From NCBI GenBank assembly GCA_964016885.1, contig OZ024741.1:300204001-300268000 (forward strand): a DNA stretch of 64,000 nt, in the 5' to 3' direction. Source of the DNA: Eledone cirrhosa. Taxonomy: Eukaryota. Each line of letters begins with the position of its first letter. Within the stretch, counting starts at the first letter, position 1. Positions 60,956-64,000 of the stretch are shown here, piece by piece. The notes beneath the pieces were generated by a model. The model did not search any database, had not been told where the DNA came from, and saw only the letters and a program-made list of their open reading frames with translations. Both the position numbers and the translations under genes were made by a program.

Positions 60956-63900
60956 CATGTGCCAATCAAATATCTATATTTAATTTTATAGCTTAATTAT
61001 GTATGCACTACATGTCTATATAATGGAATAAATGGATCAGTTATAGAGAGATGAATATTTTTCTTATGTTTCTAAGTACAAAATTCTGCTCAAAGCTATT
61101 TCCTGTTTTACAAAGACGTATTTTTTAAATAAATAAGGAATGCGTTCATATGTTTTGTAAATCGAGCAAAGCCATTTGTTTCATAACGTACCTAATGTTA
61201 ACGTGGAACAATCATGATTGTTCGTGTTCATGTCTACGTACAAACATACACAGACGCACCTCATTTAAGACAACAGTAATGCAAAGTATTACATAAATAT
61301 CGTCTATAAATAGAGTGGGTGTATCATAGTTCATTGTCAGAAAGATATTGTTTCACACTTACGTTTGCATCATGGAATGAACCTTTAGGTGAAAGACTTC
61401 CTGCTATCTAATGTTATTTGCCGTAATTAGAGGAAGGCGGATAATATACTCATTTGCTGTTTGGTTTTGAGTAGGAGTCTATTGGGCGTTTGTTTTATGA
61501 GAAGGATTATTGATTTACTCTCATATTTAATTTGATATTCATGAAGTAGAGTTCGCTTTTCATTGACCATTATACACGACATATATATTAGGATCTATTA
61601 GCAATATAAATGTTTTAATATATTTGGCAATATGCTAACGATGGGTGAAGAAGGCTGAATGGTTAATCAGTCTGGTTGGCAATCATTACGTTTCGAATAG
61701 GATAGATCGATAGATCGACTCATGTGAAGCTAGGTGAACGGAACATGTTGTACGCCCGTTGAAAAGGCTGCACCTATATTTCAAAGAGCCTTTATCACAC
61801 ACAATGTCACTCTGAATCTCTAATGCTCAGTCTCGTGTACGTCAATTTCATTTGCAGTCTGCACTGTTAATCGAAATACTGGAATACGCATCACCTATAT
61901 GGATGGAGGTACATTTAATATAACTACAGTTTGATAGTATCAATTATTATGTTCCATACAACCTAGCAAAAATTGTAATATTCAATAGAAAATACTTAAC
62001 ATAGAACAGACGGATATATGTAACTAAAACAAGTAATGGAAATAAAATAAGTCACATTAGTTTCTTATATATATTTTGTCTACATATACATTATATATAT
62101 TTTGTATACATATACATCTCAGTGTTCTATGTTGGCAATTAAAAATTCTGCCGAGTCTTAAATTGCATAGACCTTTCCCAGACATAATACCCATTTCTTC
62201 GAAAGAGCAATGTTTGTAATCTCCACTTACCCCCTGATAAGACCTGGAAGATCTTTATATCTTCCATAATAACACATAAATTATATTACTCTGTTTCAAA
62301 TCTTAGATTTTCTTTATGAATGCTGTTGATTTACGCAGGTCCGGGTTTTTAAACGAGTAGCTGTGTACATATAGTAATTTTTTTCTGGTAAGAGTTTACG
62401 CCTACGTATTTATACGTCCCCAGATTAATTCTAATTTCACCTTAGTAAGTGATATTTAAAAAATGCGCTTTTCCATTGTGGAGCACATACCGTATTGCTT
62501 ACCATTGTATGTTCTCTTTGTGTGTCGATCGGGGTTTGTTTCGATCGAATATTTGAGATGGTATTGTAACAGTACGCACCTACAGACACGCACATACATA
62601 CACCCCTATATGTATATATATAACGGTAATATACAGACACGCCAATAGCTCTTGAAACGGAATGAGGTTCCACACTTAGAAAGAAAGTGATCACTTCTCG
62701 TATGAGATATATACAGTAAAATGTATTAAGGTAACATATTTCATGTACGTCAACATCACAAACGATATTGAAGCTGTGGCTTTGACACAAATACAATAAT
62801 GCATGAATAGTTAAGATGGAAATAGTAAGCCATCATATTCTTCTAACACACGTTTGTAAAATTGTAGGCAGAATTATATAAAGGCATTGGCTCCAAGAAT
62901 TGGATGTTAATTTCGTTCATTCGTATATCATCAAAGCAGTATAATATATTTAAAGAAGTAATGCCAGTTAAACGACATCATCATTACATAGCATTTTTAT
63001 GATATTTGAAACATGATGTACCTATAAAGTAGAATAACATTAAATACAACCAGTACGTTTTAAATGAAAACCACCCGATTATATTTCCCTAAGCAGAACT
63101 GAATGAGAAAAAGGTTGAAAGAAAGAAAGTATAGGAAGTGATATGTAGCGGAGGCCAAGAGGAGATTTGCACATAACATTTTGATCGTCGGCTGGATAGT
63201 ACGGACGAATTTGGGTATGACTGGCAACCATTCAACTAATGATTTTAATATTTGCATGTTGGTGATTCGAACGGCTAAAATCCGATATAGTTATTTCTGG
63301 AGCTACGATATGGCATATTCAGACGCATGCCATTTGTAAAGATTAGTAATATCAATTATGTTGGAATTATGTAAGCACCAAATAATGGTAGAAGTGGTGT
63401 ATTTTTCTGACTTTCATATTTAAAAGGATGTAAATATAAATCGTATGTTACTTACACGAGCTAAATATGAATCCTATATAGTTATTTGCGTGTGTTTCTT
63501 TTCTCAGACAACGGTACATTTATACACACTACATTCTCCATGAGGCAATGCAGTTGAAGTGGGACATCTAAAGGAATTCTACAATTACACTTTAATTGGT
63601 TGATCCTGTATTTGTAGATATTCTAGGTAACTTGCACTATTTTGCTATCTGTCAAAGAAAATACAGAAAATGCCTTTTCCCCTATTGCACTCCAGTAATA
63701 CAAATTTTCACCTATGCCAGCTCTACTTCACTAAATGATTACACTAGCAGTAACAGTTCCCATTCTATTATTCAACGTTTTCAATCCTAGCACAAGTAAT
63801 GCTTATCTCACTTTCCTGCTTCGTATTTGCATTCCAAAAAAGCTTTTCGTTTTGTCAACATTGTTTTTCCATCAATCACTCTTCTCTCCGTTATTCGTAA

Positions 63901-64000
63901 GTTCTGAAAGTACATTGATTTTCTTGATATGGTATTGTTCCATTTTAATGAAATACACTTTCTGTGTTTGTATATAAATGTTTTTATTATTCTCTAGTAG
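60956..64000. repeat. Right arm of the inverted duplication (runs off the window)
   Basis: Reverse complement of 56442-59471. Confidence 0.97.

Noticed and set aside
56465-63977. Short ORFs conserved between the inverted arms
   Set aside because: Conservation reflects recent duplication; the peptides have no recognisable features

Overview
AT-rich, microsatellite-saturated metazoan DNA. The SINE families and the (TA)n/(CA)n load suggest an octopus or other cephalopod (inference). I cannot recognise any host protein-coding gene. The window holds one decayed Tx1/L1-type LINE embedded in (CTAT)n, several tRNA-derived SINEs, a ~420-bp satellite array with higher-order structure, and a >=3-kb inverted duplication around a promoter-like spacer. 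From about 15 to 56 kb there is a dense nest of Penelope-like retroelements (PLEs): three Naiad-type copies plus a second clade, with their non-autonomous derivatives, nearly all anchored in (TA)n tracts. These repeats carry at least a dozen canonical type I hammerhead ribozyme (HHR) motifs from about 7 families. The most striking signal is a different motif, present in six copies from three diverged families: a hammerhead whose three core strands are in a non-circularly permuted (pseudoknotted) order, supported by compensatory changes in stems I and III. A second covarying RNA motif, a hairpin with a 2-nt bulge, follows the ribozyme in five pLTR families. All structures were read by eye and none is experimentally validated.
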